64,000 bases of DNA from Octopus vulgaris. Taxonomy: Eukaryota. The stretch covers positions 12,834,001-12,898,000 of the forward strand of contig OX597834.1 of NCBI GenBank assembly GCA_951406725.2, read 5' to 3'. Under the pieces are notes generated by a model. It was given only the letters and a program-made list of their open reading frames with translations, was not told the origin of the DNA and ran no database searches. How positions within the stretch are numbered: the first letter of the stretch is position 1; each line of letters starts with the position of its first letter. The position numbers and the translations under genes were made by a program. Positions 25,760 to 38,325 of this stretch are shown here, in pieces.

Positions 25760-25823
25760 TCAATATCAGGGTAGCCAAAAATTCAAGAGAAATGTTTTCG
25801 CCACCAGCAAAAATGTTCTAGAA

Positions 25824-25854
<31 letters not shown>

Positions 25855-25939
25855 AAATATATATATATATATATTAATCAATATCAGGGTAGCCAAAAAT
25901 TCAAGAGAAATGTTTTCGCCACCAGCAAAAATGTTCTAG

Positions 25940-25977
<38 letters not shown>

Positions 25978-25988
25978 CTAGAACATTT
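25753..25988. repeat. Duplicated unit of about 70 bp separated by (TA)n, plus a short inverted end
   Basis: ATATTAATCAATATCAGGGTAGCC...AAATGTTCTAGAAAT occurs twice; ATTTCTAGAACATTT follows the last TA run. Confidence 0.9.
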
Positions 25989-26745
25989 GGCACATTAAAT
26001 ACATACGCGTGCATCTACACACACATATATATATATTCATATATTGAGTGTTGTAGCTCTTAACAATCGGGGTGCATGTGTTACTTCATTTCTATGTTTT
26101 GCGTTATATCTGAGGGCTGCTACTTGGATAGCGCGATGGCTGTGCGTGTTTCGGTCGTATAATCATTATTGCACAATGAAAAGATTATATAAGCAGTCAT
26201 TACAGTATCACATATTATTATCCTCCATATCATTTCTAGTGGTATATCATCTGTTAAATCTAGCATCGTCTATATAAAAAAAAAATTCTGTTTCCTTTGG
26301 ATAGGTCCCGGAATTGTGCTGTGTGTTTAACTTGTTCAAGGTCCCAATTTTAGTAGTAATTTTCTGCATCTCGAATTCGTGATAATCTTGCTTAAAGATT
26401 GTTCCCCTTGTTAAGCATTTTCCACGTAATAGATATGTAATTATTCTGTTGAAGCTGCACCATCAAAAGGGAGTAAGCTTGTTCTGGTGCATTTGAAACA
26501 TGTAATGATTATGTACCTGCTCTGATGCAGATTATTCATACTGGAATTGATATGTATATGTTCCGGTCGATTTAAATGCGATTGTTGAAGCTCTCTACAG
26601 TGTAATATGATGCTGAATTTGATTTCTATATGGTGTTTTCTATAATTATTCCTTGTCCATATCTTTTCTGCTCTTCGTGTTTAAAAATTGGGTCAGTTGT
26701 TCTCGGATGAGTAGTATTTAATACGCTATACTAATAAGTTGAGCT

Positions 26746-26965
26746 GGGCGAAACGTTAGCACGCCGGGCGAAATGTGTAGCCGTATTTCGTCTGTCGCTA
26801 CGTTCCGAGTTCAAATTCTGCCGAGGTCGACTTTGCCTTTCATCCTTTCCGTGTCGATAAATTAAGTACCAGTTACGCACTGAGGTCGATGTAATCGACT
26901 TAATCCCTTTGTCTGGCCTTGTTTGTCCCCTCTGTGTTTAGCCCCTTCTGGGTAGTAAAGAAATA
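26746..26965 (+). mobile_element. SINE-B monomer with a 19-bp TSD
   Basis: TATACTAATAAGTTGAGCT at 26727-26745 and 26966-26984; B-box GAGTTCAAATTC. Confidence 0.92.
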
Positions 26966-27003
26966 TATACTAATAAGTTGAGCTCTACTATTGAATCTGT
27001 GAA

Positions 27004-27325
27004 GGCGCATAGCTCAGTAGTTAGAGCATCGAACTTACGATCGCGAGGTTGTGAGTTCGAATCCCAGACCGGTCTGCATGTTGTGTTCTTGAGAAAGACA
27101 CTTTATATCACGTTACTCCAGTTCACTCAGCTTTAGAAATGAGTTGCGACGTCACAGGTGCCAAGATCTATCGGCCTTTGCATTTCTCTTGAAGAATACT
27201 GGTGGCGTGGAGAGACGAGGCCCGTATGCATGGACGACTGCTGGTCTTCCGTAAACCACCTTGCCCGGAGGTGAGCTTTCTAGGTGCAATCCCATGCTTA
27301 TTCATGATCGAAGGGAGTCTCTACA
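27004..27325 (+). mobile_element. tRNA-derived SINE family C with a CORE-like central segment
   Basis: GGCGCATAGCTCAGTAGTTAGAGC (A box) ... GAGTTCGAATCCC (B box), followed by GTGTTCTTGAGAAAGACACTTTAT..CCAGTTCACTCAGC..AAATGAG. No acceptor stem closes, so this is not a tRNA gene. Confidence 0.8.
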
Positions 27326-27946
27326 TGTCTCTACTATTGGATCTAGATTTAGTCCGAAAGACACTCTTATATACTTCACCATATTTTTTTATGAGGTCTT
27401 ACCTATTTGTTGTTGCTTGTGTTGGAATGCACTTACTTTTAGAACTACACAGTTGCAGGTGTTTGTTAAACATTTCTTTTAAGAATTTCTTTATATTTTC
27501 CGGTTTCCGGAACTGGATTCATCATGTTGGTTGTTTGGCATTTAAACGCTAAATAGAAAAATATCACTAAAGATTTCTCATCGAGTAATGTACAATGCTC
27601 CATATTTGAAACGAGGTGATACATTCAGCTGAATATTAAGTATATCTTTATAATTACCAGTCTAAGAACAACATATCAAGCGTAAAATAGCAAAAAAGCA
27701 TATACATGGGTATTTGAAATTAAGGTTGAGATTGGTGCAATGTTGAGAGACGACGAATCACAGCTTTCTATTTTGTAATCTGGCCTGTGTAACTGTAACG
27801 ATCTTTATTCTTTTTTAATGTAAAGTGTTATTGCTTAACAGTTGTCCGTGTTATTAATAGACCACTGTAATGGGAGGATTGTTAGAAGTACAGGAAGGGT
27901 TTTAAAAGTCCAAATATTTGTTAAATAAATGCTGTAAATATGGTGT

Positions 27947-27987
<41 letters not shown>

Positions 27988-28444
27988 CATAAACACATCC
28001 GTGTAGACATAGAGAAACCGTGTATGATGAAAATATGTTTATAAATTTATGCTACTTTGAGACAATGGCTCTTTAAATCATACACTATCTTTCTCCCAGG
28101 AACTCGTGTCCTATTTTTTTGTCAATTCATATTCCGAATAGAATTATGACAATAAATAATACATATTCATATTGTTCCTCATATTTTACGAAGAAAAAGA
28201 ACAATTATCACAAAGACAATCTTTGTAAACAATTGTTATTTAATAATGATTTTCTTTCATTTTAGAGACATCTGGCATTTTCATATTTCATCTACATATT
28301 TTGAAATGTTAAACGTCAAATTCGTGAAATTCCATTTATACTTACACTTAACTTTACATAAATCTTTAAAAATATCTGAGATGAAATTTCGCAAAGAAGT
28401 TGAAAAACCAATCTTTTATCAGCAATTACGACAGCGAATATTCT

Positions 28445-28725
28445 TTTCTTTTTTACTGTGTGCACATAGACCGAAATTCTGGGGGAGGGGGCCAGTCGAT
28501 TAGATCGACCGCAGTACGCAACCGGTATGCAATTTATCGACCCCAAAATGATGAAAGGCAAAGTCGACCTCGGCGAAATTTGAACTCAGAACGTAGCGGC
28601 AAACGAAATACCTATTTCTTTACTACCCACAAGGGGCTAAACACAGAGGGGACAAACAAGGACAGACAAACGGATTAAGTCGATTAGATCGACCCCAGTG
28701 CGTAACTGGTACTTAATTTATCGAC
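28445..28725 (-). mobile_element. 5'-truncated SINE-B dimer with a different terminal tail
   Basis: Same junction AAAGAAATAG|GTATTTCG at about 28611 as the other dimers; the distal monomer ends in the tail type seen at 30890-30935. Confidence 0.85.
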
Positions 28726-28882
28726 GAAGAAAAAGAAGGGATACTGGACAACACGTCGGGAAAAACTAATACTTCTCACTATGTATATTTATATAACGCC
28801 ATGATCTTGATGGACATATTTGGCGGAATATAGGATGGAATGAATAATAACAGTGTAAATTATATAAATATAATTTTATATT

Positions 28883-29642
28883 TAAAGTATAATAGCCATC
28901 TCAATATAGCTAACAACAAAGGGTGGGTGTTACTGTAGCTTTTAGCCCCAGGAATTCATCGTCTCCGGCTGGCTTTAGGCACACTATCTGCGCTCTTATG
29001 GTATTTGCAAAGGGAGGTCATCCCTTTCTCGTAAGCCTACGTGATACGCACGGACTTCAGTTTCGAGGTAGTTGCTTCTTGTCAACGGGCGGTAATCACC
29101 GGTTTACGATGAAAAGGAAGACCTTGTATGCAAATACTTATGTGTTATTCTAGTAATTTTGCAAATACGATAAGGGCACAGATAGTGTGCCTAAAGCCAG
29201 CTGGAGACGATGATCTCCTGGGGCTAAAAGCTACAGTAACACCCACCCTTTTTGGTTAGCCATATTGAAATGGCTATTATACTTTACATTGTCGAGCGGT
29301 TACTGTTTACATCTCGTTCAGAGATTTATTATTGCTTGCAGACAGTTTTTCGAAATCAGTGACGGAAGTTACTAGAAAAACACTTAAGTATTTACATACA
29401 AGGTCTTCCTTTACATCGTAAACCGGTGATTACCGCCCGTTGACAAGAAGCAACAACCTCGAAACTGCGGTACGTGCGTATCACTTAGGCTTACGAGAAA
29501 GGAATGACCTCCCTTTGCAAATACCATAAGGGCACAGATAGTGTGCCTAAAGCCAGCCGGAGACGATGATCTCCTGGGGCTAAAAGCTACAGTAACACCC
29601 ACCCTTTGTGGTTAGCCGTATTGAGATGGCTATTATACTTTA
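28883..29642. mobile_element. Fold-back element 2: about 270-bp inverted arms plus an internal partial third arm
   Basis: 28883-29156 is the reverse complement of 29369-29642; 29158-29286 is a further inverted copy of the outer 128 bp. AATTTTATATTTA flanks both sides. Confidence 0.9.
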
Positions 29643-30326
29643 CAATTTTATATTTATTATCCCTATCTTATTTGTAAATAATCTAATGAATATGTTGCTT
29701 GTCATTACTTTGTTTTACTGCCTGTCTAATATCATTATACTATTTGAATAAATTGCGTCAATCCCAGTTTCATTTGCAATATGTTGCCTGTGTGCAGGTG
29801 TCATGAGCATTTCTTCGTGACCATTAAGAACACTGGAAGATAATTCCTCTTCAAGTATGTTTTGGATTTTGAGTATACTTCCACAACAATTTTGACATAG
29901 ATATGAGTGACGAAACAGGTATGTATAAGACAGATCATTTATAATTCATTTCCTAAACATTATACTTAATTGGAACATTCGAGGTATTAAAATAGGAATT
30001 TCATTGTAAAATCTGTCACGTAGCAATCATTAACAAGGCTGTAGATAACAAAGAAGTCGTTAAATATCCGTATGCACATTGCTATAGATACGCAAATCTT
30101 ATGAAATTAACTATGTATATAAATACAACCAGAAGTACATTCTATTTATCATCCCATATACTTCAATATTTCATATGCTGCATAATTATAGGATACGAAG
30201 TTAATAGAATTAATAAGACATTCGGAGAAAAGCGTTATTAAAACATTCAGAGAAAAGCATTATTAAAACATTCAGAGAAAAGCATGGACACACACAAGCA
30301 CATAAGAATATATAGTTATTAAGATA

Positions 30327-30705
30327 TCGTTATATATAAAAGTAAGGTTGTGTGCTGTCTGTCTCCTACGATTTAAATTCCTAACTACTTCCAGATTTTG
30401 CGGTGCAGTGTATCCAAAAGCGGGTATCTTATAGTCGTGATACATATCGAGCCCTTCTGGGTATTAGCGTGCGTCTACGATGAGTCTACGATTTAAAATC
30501 CATTTTAATGCATTTTTTTCGCTATTATATAAGGGAAGTAACTCTCTAAAAATGTCTACGATGAGTCAACGATTTAAAAAAAAATTACCATCATTTTTTT
30601 CTATTTTTAATGCATTTTTTCCCTATTTTTTGGCTATAACTCTCTAAAAATGCTCATATAGTTATTTCCCTTACAAGCGCGAGCAACGCCGGGCGATACT
30701 GCTAG
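30327..30705 (+). mobile_element. Non-autonomous Helitron, second subfamily
   Basis: 5' TC..TATATATAAAAG and (TGTC)n; internal duplicated GTCTACGATGAGTC block; 3' about 100 bp, hairpin and CTAG shared with 16248-16618. Confidence 0.8.
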
Positions 30706-30717
30706 TTTACATATAAA

Positions 30718-30937
30718 AAGGCAGCGAGTTGGGCAGAATCTCTAACACGCCGAGCGAAATGCTAAGCGGTATTTTGTCTCCCGTTACGTTCTAAGTTCAA
30801 ATTCCGCCGAGGTCAACTCTACCATTCATCCTTTCGGGGTCGATAAATTGAGAACAAGTTACGTATTGCGGTCGATCTGATCGACTGCCCCCTTCCCTAA
30901 AATTCGGGCCTTGTGCCTAGTGTAGAAAAGACTATTT
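30718..30937 (+). mobile_element. SINE-B monomer with alternative tail
   Basis: SINE-B head and body, then CCCCTTCCCTAAAATTCGGGCCTTGTGCCTAGTGTAGAAAAG. Confidence 0.85.
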
Positions 30938-31005
30938 ACATACACATAGCAGGTATATACACACATATATACATACATATGTTGATATATATATATATAT
31001 ATATA

Positions 31006-31374
31006 TACTCTTTTACTTGTTTCAGTCATTTGACTGCGGCCATGCTGGAGTACCGCCTTTAGTCGGGCAAATCGACCCTGGGACTTATTCTTTGTAACCC
31101 CAGTACTTATTCTATCGGTCCCTTTTGCCGAACCGCTAAGTGACGGGGACATAAACACACCAGCATCGGTTGTCAAGCAATGCTAGAGGGACAAACATAT
31201 ACATACACACATATATACGACAGGCTTCTTTCAGTTTCCGTCTACCAAATCCACTCACAAGGCATTGGTCGGCCCGGGGCTATAGCAGAAAACACCTGTC
31301 CAAGATGCCACGCAGTGGGACTGAAACCAGAACCATGTGGTTGGTAGGCAAGCTACTCACCACATAGCCACTCC

Positions 31375-31375
<1 letters not shown>
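31006..31375 (-). mobile_element. SINE-A
   Basis: Near full length, inside TA runs. Confidence 0.92.
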
Positions 31376-31433
<58 letters not shown>

Positions 31434-31712
31434 TCATGATTATGCATCTGCATCTGTATGTATGTATATACAAACTTTTAAAATTATGTGTATAATTATA
31501 ATGAGGTTTCAGCAAAAAATTTTCCCCACCACATACCGAAATTGAGAAATAGCAGTTAAAGCTAGGCATTTCTCAACAACCAACGAAATAAAAGAGAAAA
31601 GATAACGGATCCACCCGGCTTTGATTAATTGTAGACGCGTTTAGTAGTTAGATAGATGTGAAATGTAAACACCACATTTCCACTATCATTCTCACTCTTC
31701 AGTATACTTTTT

Positions 31713-32133
31713 CTCTTTACTCTTTTACTTGTTTCAGTCATTTGACTGCGGCCATGCTGGAGCACCGCCTTTAGTCGAGCAAATCGACCCCGGAACTTAT
31801 CCTTTTGTAAGCCCAGTACTTATTCTATCGGTCGCTTTTGCCGAACCGCTAATGAACGGGGACACAAAAACACACCACCATTGGCTGTCAAGCAATGCTA
31901 AGGGGACAAACACAGAGACACAAACACACACAAGCATATATATATATACATATATATATACATATATATGCGACGGGCTTCTTTCAGTTTCCGTCTACCA
32001 AATCCACTCACAAGGCTTTGGTCGGCCCGAGGTCATAGTAGAAGACACTCGCCCAAGGTGCCACGCAGTGGGACTGAACCCGGAACCTTGTGGTTGGTAA
32101 ACAAGCTACTCACCACACAGCCACTCCTGCGCC
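31713..32133 (-). mobile_element. SINE-A, full length
   Basis: Complete head and tail. Confidence 0.93.
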
Positions 32134-32310
32134 TATAGTAATTAAAGATTTTAAATTTGCGAGCACTGTAAAAAATTAAACGTACTTATCTGATGAAGCA
32201 TTATCAGACAACATACATCTAACAACACTACTTTCGAATTCAAAAAGACGAATGAGACCCCACTTTTCCACGGGTGCTAAGGAGTAAAATTTTACAGATT
32301 TATATATATA

Positions 32311-32710
32311 GGCGCAGGAGTGGCTGTGTGGTAAGTAGCTTGCTTACGAACCACATGGTTCCGGGTTCAGTCCCACTGCGTGGCACCTTGGGCAAGTGTC
32401 TTCTACTATGACCTCGGGCCGACCAAAGCCTTGTGAGTGGATTTGGTAGACGGAAACTGAAAGAAGCCCGTCGTATATATGTATATACATAAATGTGTGT
32501 GCGTGTATGTTTGTGTGTCCCCCTAGCATTGCTTGACAACCGATGCTGGTGTGTTTATGTCCCCGTTACTTAGCAGTTCGTCAAAAGAGACCGATATAAT
32601 AAGTACTGGGCTTACAAAGAATAAGTCCCGGGGTCGAGTTGCACGATTAAAAGGCGGTGCTCCAGCATGGCCGCAGTGAAATGACTGAAACAAGTAAAAG
32701 AGAGAGTAAA
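32311..32710 (+). mobile_element. SINE-A, full length, head-to-head with the previous copy
   Basis: Complete head and tail. Confidence 0.93.
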
Positions 32711-32828
32711 ATATAACACCGCAGTGTATATAATTGTCTTTTCTCCAAGTGGTGTATGAATATTTGATATTGTTTTAGAGTCAAGATTTGACTGCTATAT
32801 CTAGCATGATGGTATATTTTAGAAACCC

Positions 32829-32866
<38 letters not shown>

Positions 32867-33711
32867 CATACAAATACACAAATTTATATTTCTTTGTAAC
32901 ATTGGACATCGTTATACATATGAAAGCATGTGAATGCATATATTTTACTTCTTTTCTTTGATGTTCGTAGACTGAGGGTAAAGTGAGATATAGAAATCAT
33001 TTACTAATTATTTTATGTTGGGAAGCAGGTGTTTCCATTCTATTATTTCACTTAAATCCGCAATATTTCCTCTTTGCAAGCAATAATTTTCGTTTAGCTA
33101 GTGCTTTTCATAGTTTATATAGTTAACACATGTACACTATATACAGGTGTGTGTGAGTGTGTTTGTGTGAGTGTGTGTGTGTGCATGTGTGTGTGTTTGT
33201 TATTCAAGTATACTTAGGAATAAAACCTACTTAAAGAAATATTTTATCAAAAGTATTTCCGAAGTGTACTGCCGAATATATTACTGATGAAGATAAATAG
33301 TGGAGCAGACAGAACAGAATATGTAGCTATGTTACAATCTAAACATTGGGTCTAAAATTATATTGGAAACTAATTGAAATTTCCTACAGATTCTATCGTT
33401 AGATAATTGGAGTTTTCTAGAAATAGTACAAAGAGTTTACACACCTTAAATTAATTTAGATGTGTGCTAAGTACTATATATGATCATTATGCAGATGTAA
33501 TCCAAATGTTGGATTTTGGTTTGTGTCAAAGTGCATGTTGGTAGAACGATCTTCATCAATACAAAGTTGTTATTTGAATGTTCTTCTATACATTGTTACT
33601 ATTTAGGAGTTTTTCTTTTATGGTATTTCATTAGTCGAAATTCATTAGTTTAAAGTTTGTTCCGTACAAAATACTTAGGTACTATTTGAGAAAGTTTGAA
33701 TCAAAAGTGTT

Positions 33712-33940
33712 GCATTTAAAATAAAACTGGATTTCTTCCTGTCAGGTGTCCCAGATGAACCAACTTCATGGCAGGAGGTGCAGATGAGGGCAGCTGCATC
33801 GAACTCTCTGATGCACCAAAGGGCAATTGCTAATAAGCATTCGTGAAGTAAAATCATGTAGCAACAGCAAATGGCGGTGCCCCAGCATGGCCACAGCTCG
33901 TGAGCTGAAACTAGAGAAAATAAAATTAAAAAATAAAATA
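33712..33940 (+). mobile_element. 3' end of a CR1-like LINE (same family as 42140-43140)
   Basis: Encodes FKIKLDFFLSGVPDEPTSWQEVQMRAAASNSLMHQ; UTR GGCGGTGCCCCAGCATGGCCACAGCTCGTGAGCTGAAAC. Confidence 0.88.
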
Positions 33941-34329
33941 ACCGAGGCCAGCGGTTGATTTATCTTTCAAAACTACCAGATGTGCACTTTTGCACTGTTG
34001 TACCCAGTTCATGTTGTAGCCGACCTTTGTCATCGACTCCTTACTCTGGAAGGCTATTTTTTTCAATGAAACAAACAGTATTACAGATCCATGTTCAGAT
34101 CTATGATTACAGATTCACGCTCAGTTCCTTCTTTCTAATTCCTTCTGTAAGCTTTTGAGTGGTTCAATATAATGGCTACTATTCACGGTTCACTTATATT
34201 CGAGAGAATGAAAGATATTAACGTAATTCCAAAAAATTCAGTCAGTTTGTATGCCGAATGTTAAATGTTAATTTCTTAGTAATTAGATATTAATTTCTCA
34301 GAACTTAAAAGTTAATTTATGATATGTCT

Positions 34330-34690
34330 AACTTATCACGGCAGATTTCTCTGAGTCTCTCTTACAAAGTGAGTGTTGAATTCAGGAACACTATGTTGCC
34401 TCAATGTCTAAAAATCCAATATTTTCCCTGGGTCTTCGCGACGACATTCCAGCTGTGTAACAATGGATTGTAATTGGGTGATTCATGTGAATTAAATCAT
34501 ACTCTCCCTGTCGACTGGCATCAGGAATCGTAGATGAAAACCCCAAACCGTTGTTAATCATCAAACTGCTTCTCTTCTTGAAATTCCTTTAACCATTTAT
34601 GCACATTGACATCATCACTGACGCCAAGCATGACATATTCGTAAACAGCTCTGAACCTTCTGAAGATCCCGAGCACTACACTTTGCAGAC
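34330..34690 (-). pseudogene. Possible ancient mariner-type transposase N-terminal fragment
   Basis: Minus strand IFRRFRAVYEY..VHKWLKEF..DD*QRFG resembles the helix-turn-helix region I.RRL.AVYG..V..W...F...D..RSG; very degenerate. Confidence 0.3.
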
Positions 34691-34842
34691 ATCGAGAACA
34701 ACGTCACGGCACATCGATCCAGGTAGATTCTATTATTTGCCTAAAGTGAAGAAGGACGAGAAAGCTTCCTATAGGGGAAATCTCAGTTTAACAACTTTGT
34801 GGAATTGAAACCACCAATGTTGCGAAGCAACAAAGCTATCTC

Positions 34843-35268
34843 ATTCGGTTGTGCAAATTCTTTGCACGGAAAACCTTCCCTGTGTGGCGTGTTTCCCGAT
34901 TTTGTAGAATTTGCTTTCGGGCTTTCTTAGCCATTTTCTGTTTTGGGCATGGCGTCTTCAAGCCATGAAGTCGTCGTTGAAAAGAAGGCTGGTCTCCTTG
35001 ACAACGCTTTACGAAGTTGATTTCCTTACACTCCCTTCCCCACAGCTTCACGAGGGAGGGAAGAAGGGGTAGAAGCAACACAGGTGCAGGTGCGAGCATC
35101 GACGCCAACTCCGCCGCCATCGACACACGAAAAAATTGGAACAACCCAGACGACAGCTTCACAGTCATATACTACTACGGACACCTCTGCCACAAACACC
35201 ACCACCATTACCACGACGACCAACACCAGCACCACTACAACTACCACCGTGACCATCCCTACCACCAT
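34843..35268 (-). repeat. GC-rich module, inverted copy of 38668-39088
   Basis: Reverse-complement match over about 420 bp, including TTCCAATTTTTTCGTGTGTCGATGGCGGCGGAGTTGGCG. Confidence 0.88.
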
Positions 35269-35784
35269 AAATATACCACAATATATACAACGCATGGCCG
35301 TTGAAATGCTTTCTCATATTCCTTCCTACAACAGATATTGTATTAAAAACAAATAAGAATTATTTCAGACATCTTAAGCTTACACGTGGTACATAACCTT
35401 TATAGAAATAGCTGAGCTGAAATCCACAGGAGAAAAAATCACTAAATAATCACAATAAATTGTATATATTGTTTCAAGTAAAGTACAAAGAATGTTATTA
35501 AATGCAATTCATGACAAACGATTTTCCACTTCAGCACCGGAAAATACCACTTACACCACCAAGTATGTTTGTGATGAAAGACTTTTAGTTTGGTTAAGGA
35601 AGAATGAATAATGGTAAGAAGGTAGTAATAATATCTTCGTTTCGAACAGTATTCTACTTCGTATCATCGTTGATGGTATGAGTAGATTGGCTTGTAAATG
35701 TCGATTTGTAACATCCATTGTTGCTCTGCACGATAGATGTCTCCCTCGTAAGATATTATTATCTCGTAAGAGTAAACATCGAAG

Positions 35785-36070
35785 CAGACACGCGCACACA
35801 CACACACACACACAGGCACGCACACACACGTATAGCACACACACACATACTCACTGACGCACACATATGTGTGTATGTTTGTATGTATTTGTGTGTATGT
35901 ATCTATTTACGTATCTATCCCTCTTATCTCTTTCTCTCGCTATATATATATATACATATATATACACACATATACATACACATGAATGTATATTTATATA
36001 TATATATATATATATATACAGATATATTCATGTATATATTCATATATATATATCCATATATACATATATT

Positions 36071-36101
<31 letters not shown>

Positions 36102-36282
36102 ATCCATACATTTATATCCATACATTTATATATATCCATATATACATATATATATATCCATACATATATATATCCATATATATATATCCATATATATTTA
36201 TCCATATATATTTATCCATATATATATCCATACATATATATATCCATATATACATATATTCATACACATATATTCATATATG

Positions 36283-36338
<56 letters not shown>

Positions 36339-36440
36339 TGTTTGTGTGTACACCTATTTGTGTATGCGTATAAACGGAGAGGGGAAGGCAATGAGAGAAT
36401 GAGAGAAAGACAGAAAGAGAGACTGTGTGCGTGTGTGTGT
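35785..36440. repeat. Compound CA / TA(TCCA) / TG / GA microsatellite
   Basis: Read directly from the sequence. Confidence 0.95.
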
Positions 36441-37353
36441 GAGACTGTCCGATACCAAGTAATTACAAAGTTGGCGTATGTTGCTGAGACACTGACTGCG
36501 TGGTCCTGAATACACCGTAATGATAAAAGCAGGTAAAGAACAAAGGACACACGGCTGGCGATCCGGAACTCCATCGTCTCAATCTTATACTGATCTCCGT
36601 GTCCATTTCTTATTCAGAATAGAATAGATATTTATTTCTTACAAGAAACACATTAATCAACTGTGAGATGAATATTCTGTATATTACGTTTGCAGAGATT
36701 ATATTGTAAAGATAACTATGAATATGTAAAAGCAATATAGGGAAAATATATTCAATTTCCGAATGCAATAAATACGATTTAAACATGGTTATAAGCTTGC
36801 TGTAAAGGAATTTCCTGACAAAAATGTGATATACGGGATTTGAGCAAGCTGACATTAAATCATACATCAGTGTAATCAGTGTTAAAGGTACGTAGTAGAG
36901 AAATAGTATTTGCGAATAACGTAAATAGAAAGACAAATAAGTAAAATAAATTATAAAGTAAGAATCATCAAGTACAAATAATATACGGTCATATGTGATG
37001 ACCCCCGTATAGATAAAATTGAATATATATCAGTTGAAACGGCAGAAAAATATAGAATGATTTCCATACGCCAGAAAGATCAATCACCGTTATATACACA
37101 TAACGAACTCGTCTCATTTCATTTATAAGATGTTTGGCAAGACGACAGGGGATAAACAACATCGGGAAAGTGATAAAAATTGCTGAAATCAGAATTCGGT
37201 GCAGAGATACGTGCGAGGATTAATGTATGTCTATATCTAACTCGCTACCTGTCTCTTTTTTGTCAGTCTCTCTGTCTATCCATTTCTTTATTTATGTACC
37301 TACTTATACCTATATATCTACTTATTTACCTGTCTCCTATATATATATATATA

Positions 37354-37745
37354 TACTCTTTTACTTGTTTCAGTCATTTGAATGCGGCCATGCTGGAGCA
37401 CCGCCTTTAATCGAGCAACTCGACCCCGGGACTTATTCTTTTGTAAGCCCAGTACTTATTCTATCGGTCACTTTTGTCGAACCGCTAGGTAACGGGGACA
37501 TAAACACACCAGCATCGGTTGTCAAGCAATGCTAGGAGGACAAACACACACACGCATATATATATATATATATATACATATATACGACGGGCTTCTTTCA
37601 GTTTCCGTCTACCAAATCCACTTACAAGGCTTTGGTCGGCCCGAGGCTATAGTAGAAGACACATGCCCAAGGTGCCACACAGTGGGACTGAACCCGGAAC
37701 CATGTGGTTGTTAAACAAGCTACCTACCACACAGCCTCTCCTGCG

Positions 37746-37747
<2 letters not shown>
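37354..37747 (-). mobile_element. SINE-A, full length
   Basis: Complete head and tail. Confidence 0.93.
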
Positions 37748-37775
<28 letters not shown>

Positions 37776-37783
<8 letters not shown>

Positions 37784-38325
37784 TCAAAATAAAAACATGA
37801 TGCAAAGGATTTAGCGGTACATATGCTTCGGGCCTTTATTAGACGGTTTTATAACAATGCATAATGTGTGTCTATAGACTTTTTCAGCCGCGTACAATTA
37901 CTACTTGAAAAGACATGTATTACGTTTTAAGTTTTACGTTGGGGATGCAAATCCTCATAGTCGCGTACGACAGAGTGGGGCACCAACACAGAATCGAAGC
38001 GTCCATCCCGTTTTTCACTCGATTCTACATCGATGGACTTCGATTTTGTGTTGGTGCCCCACTCTGTCGTATGCGACTATGAGGATTTGCATCCCTAACG
38101 TAAAACTTTTAATGTTGTACATGTCCTTGAAGCAGTAATTGTACGCAGCTGAAGAAGTCTATAGACACACATTATGCATTGTTATAAAACCGTCTAATAA
38201 AGGCCCGAAACATATGTACCGCTAAATCCTTTGCATCATGTTTTTTATTTTGATTAATATACTCTATCACCTACACCACTAAATGGTATATACAGGTGCT
38301 TACAATTATCAAGTATTCACCCTGA

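Noticed and set aside
27004-27075. Possible tRNA genes here and at 58480-58553
   Set aside because: The acceptor stems do not close and both continue into SINE bodies and tails.
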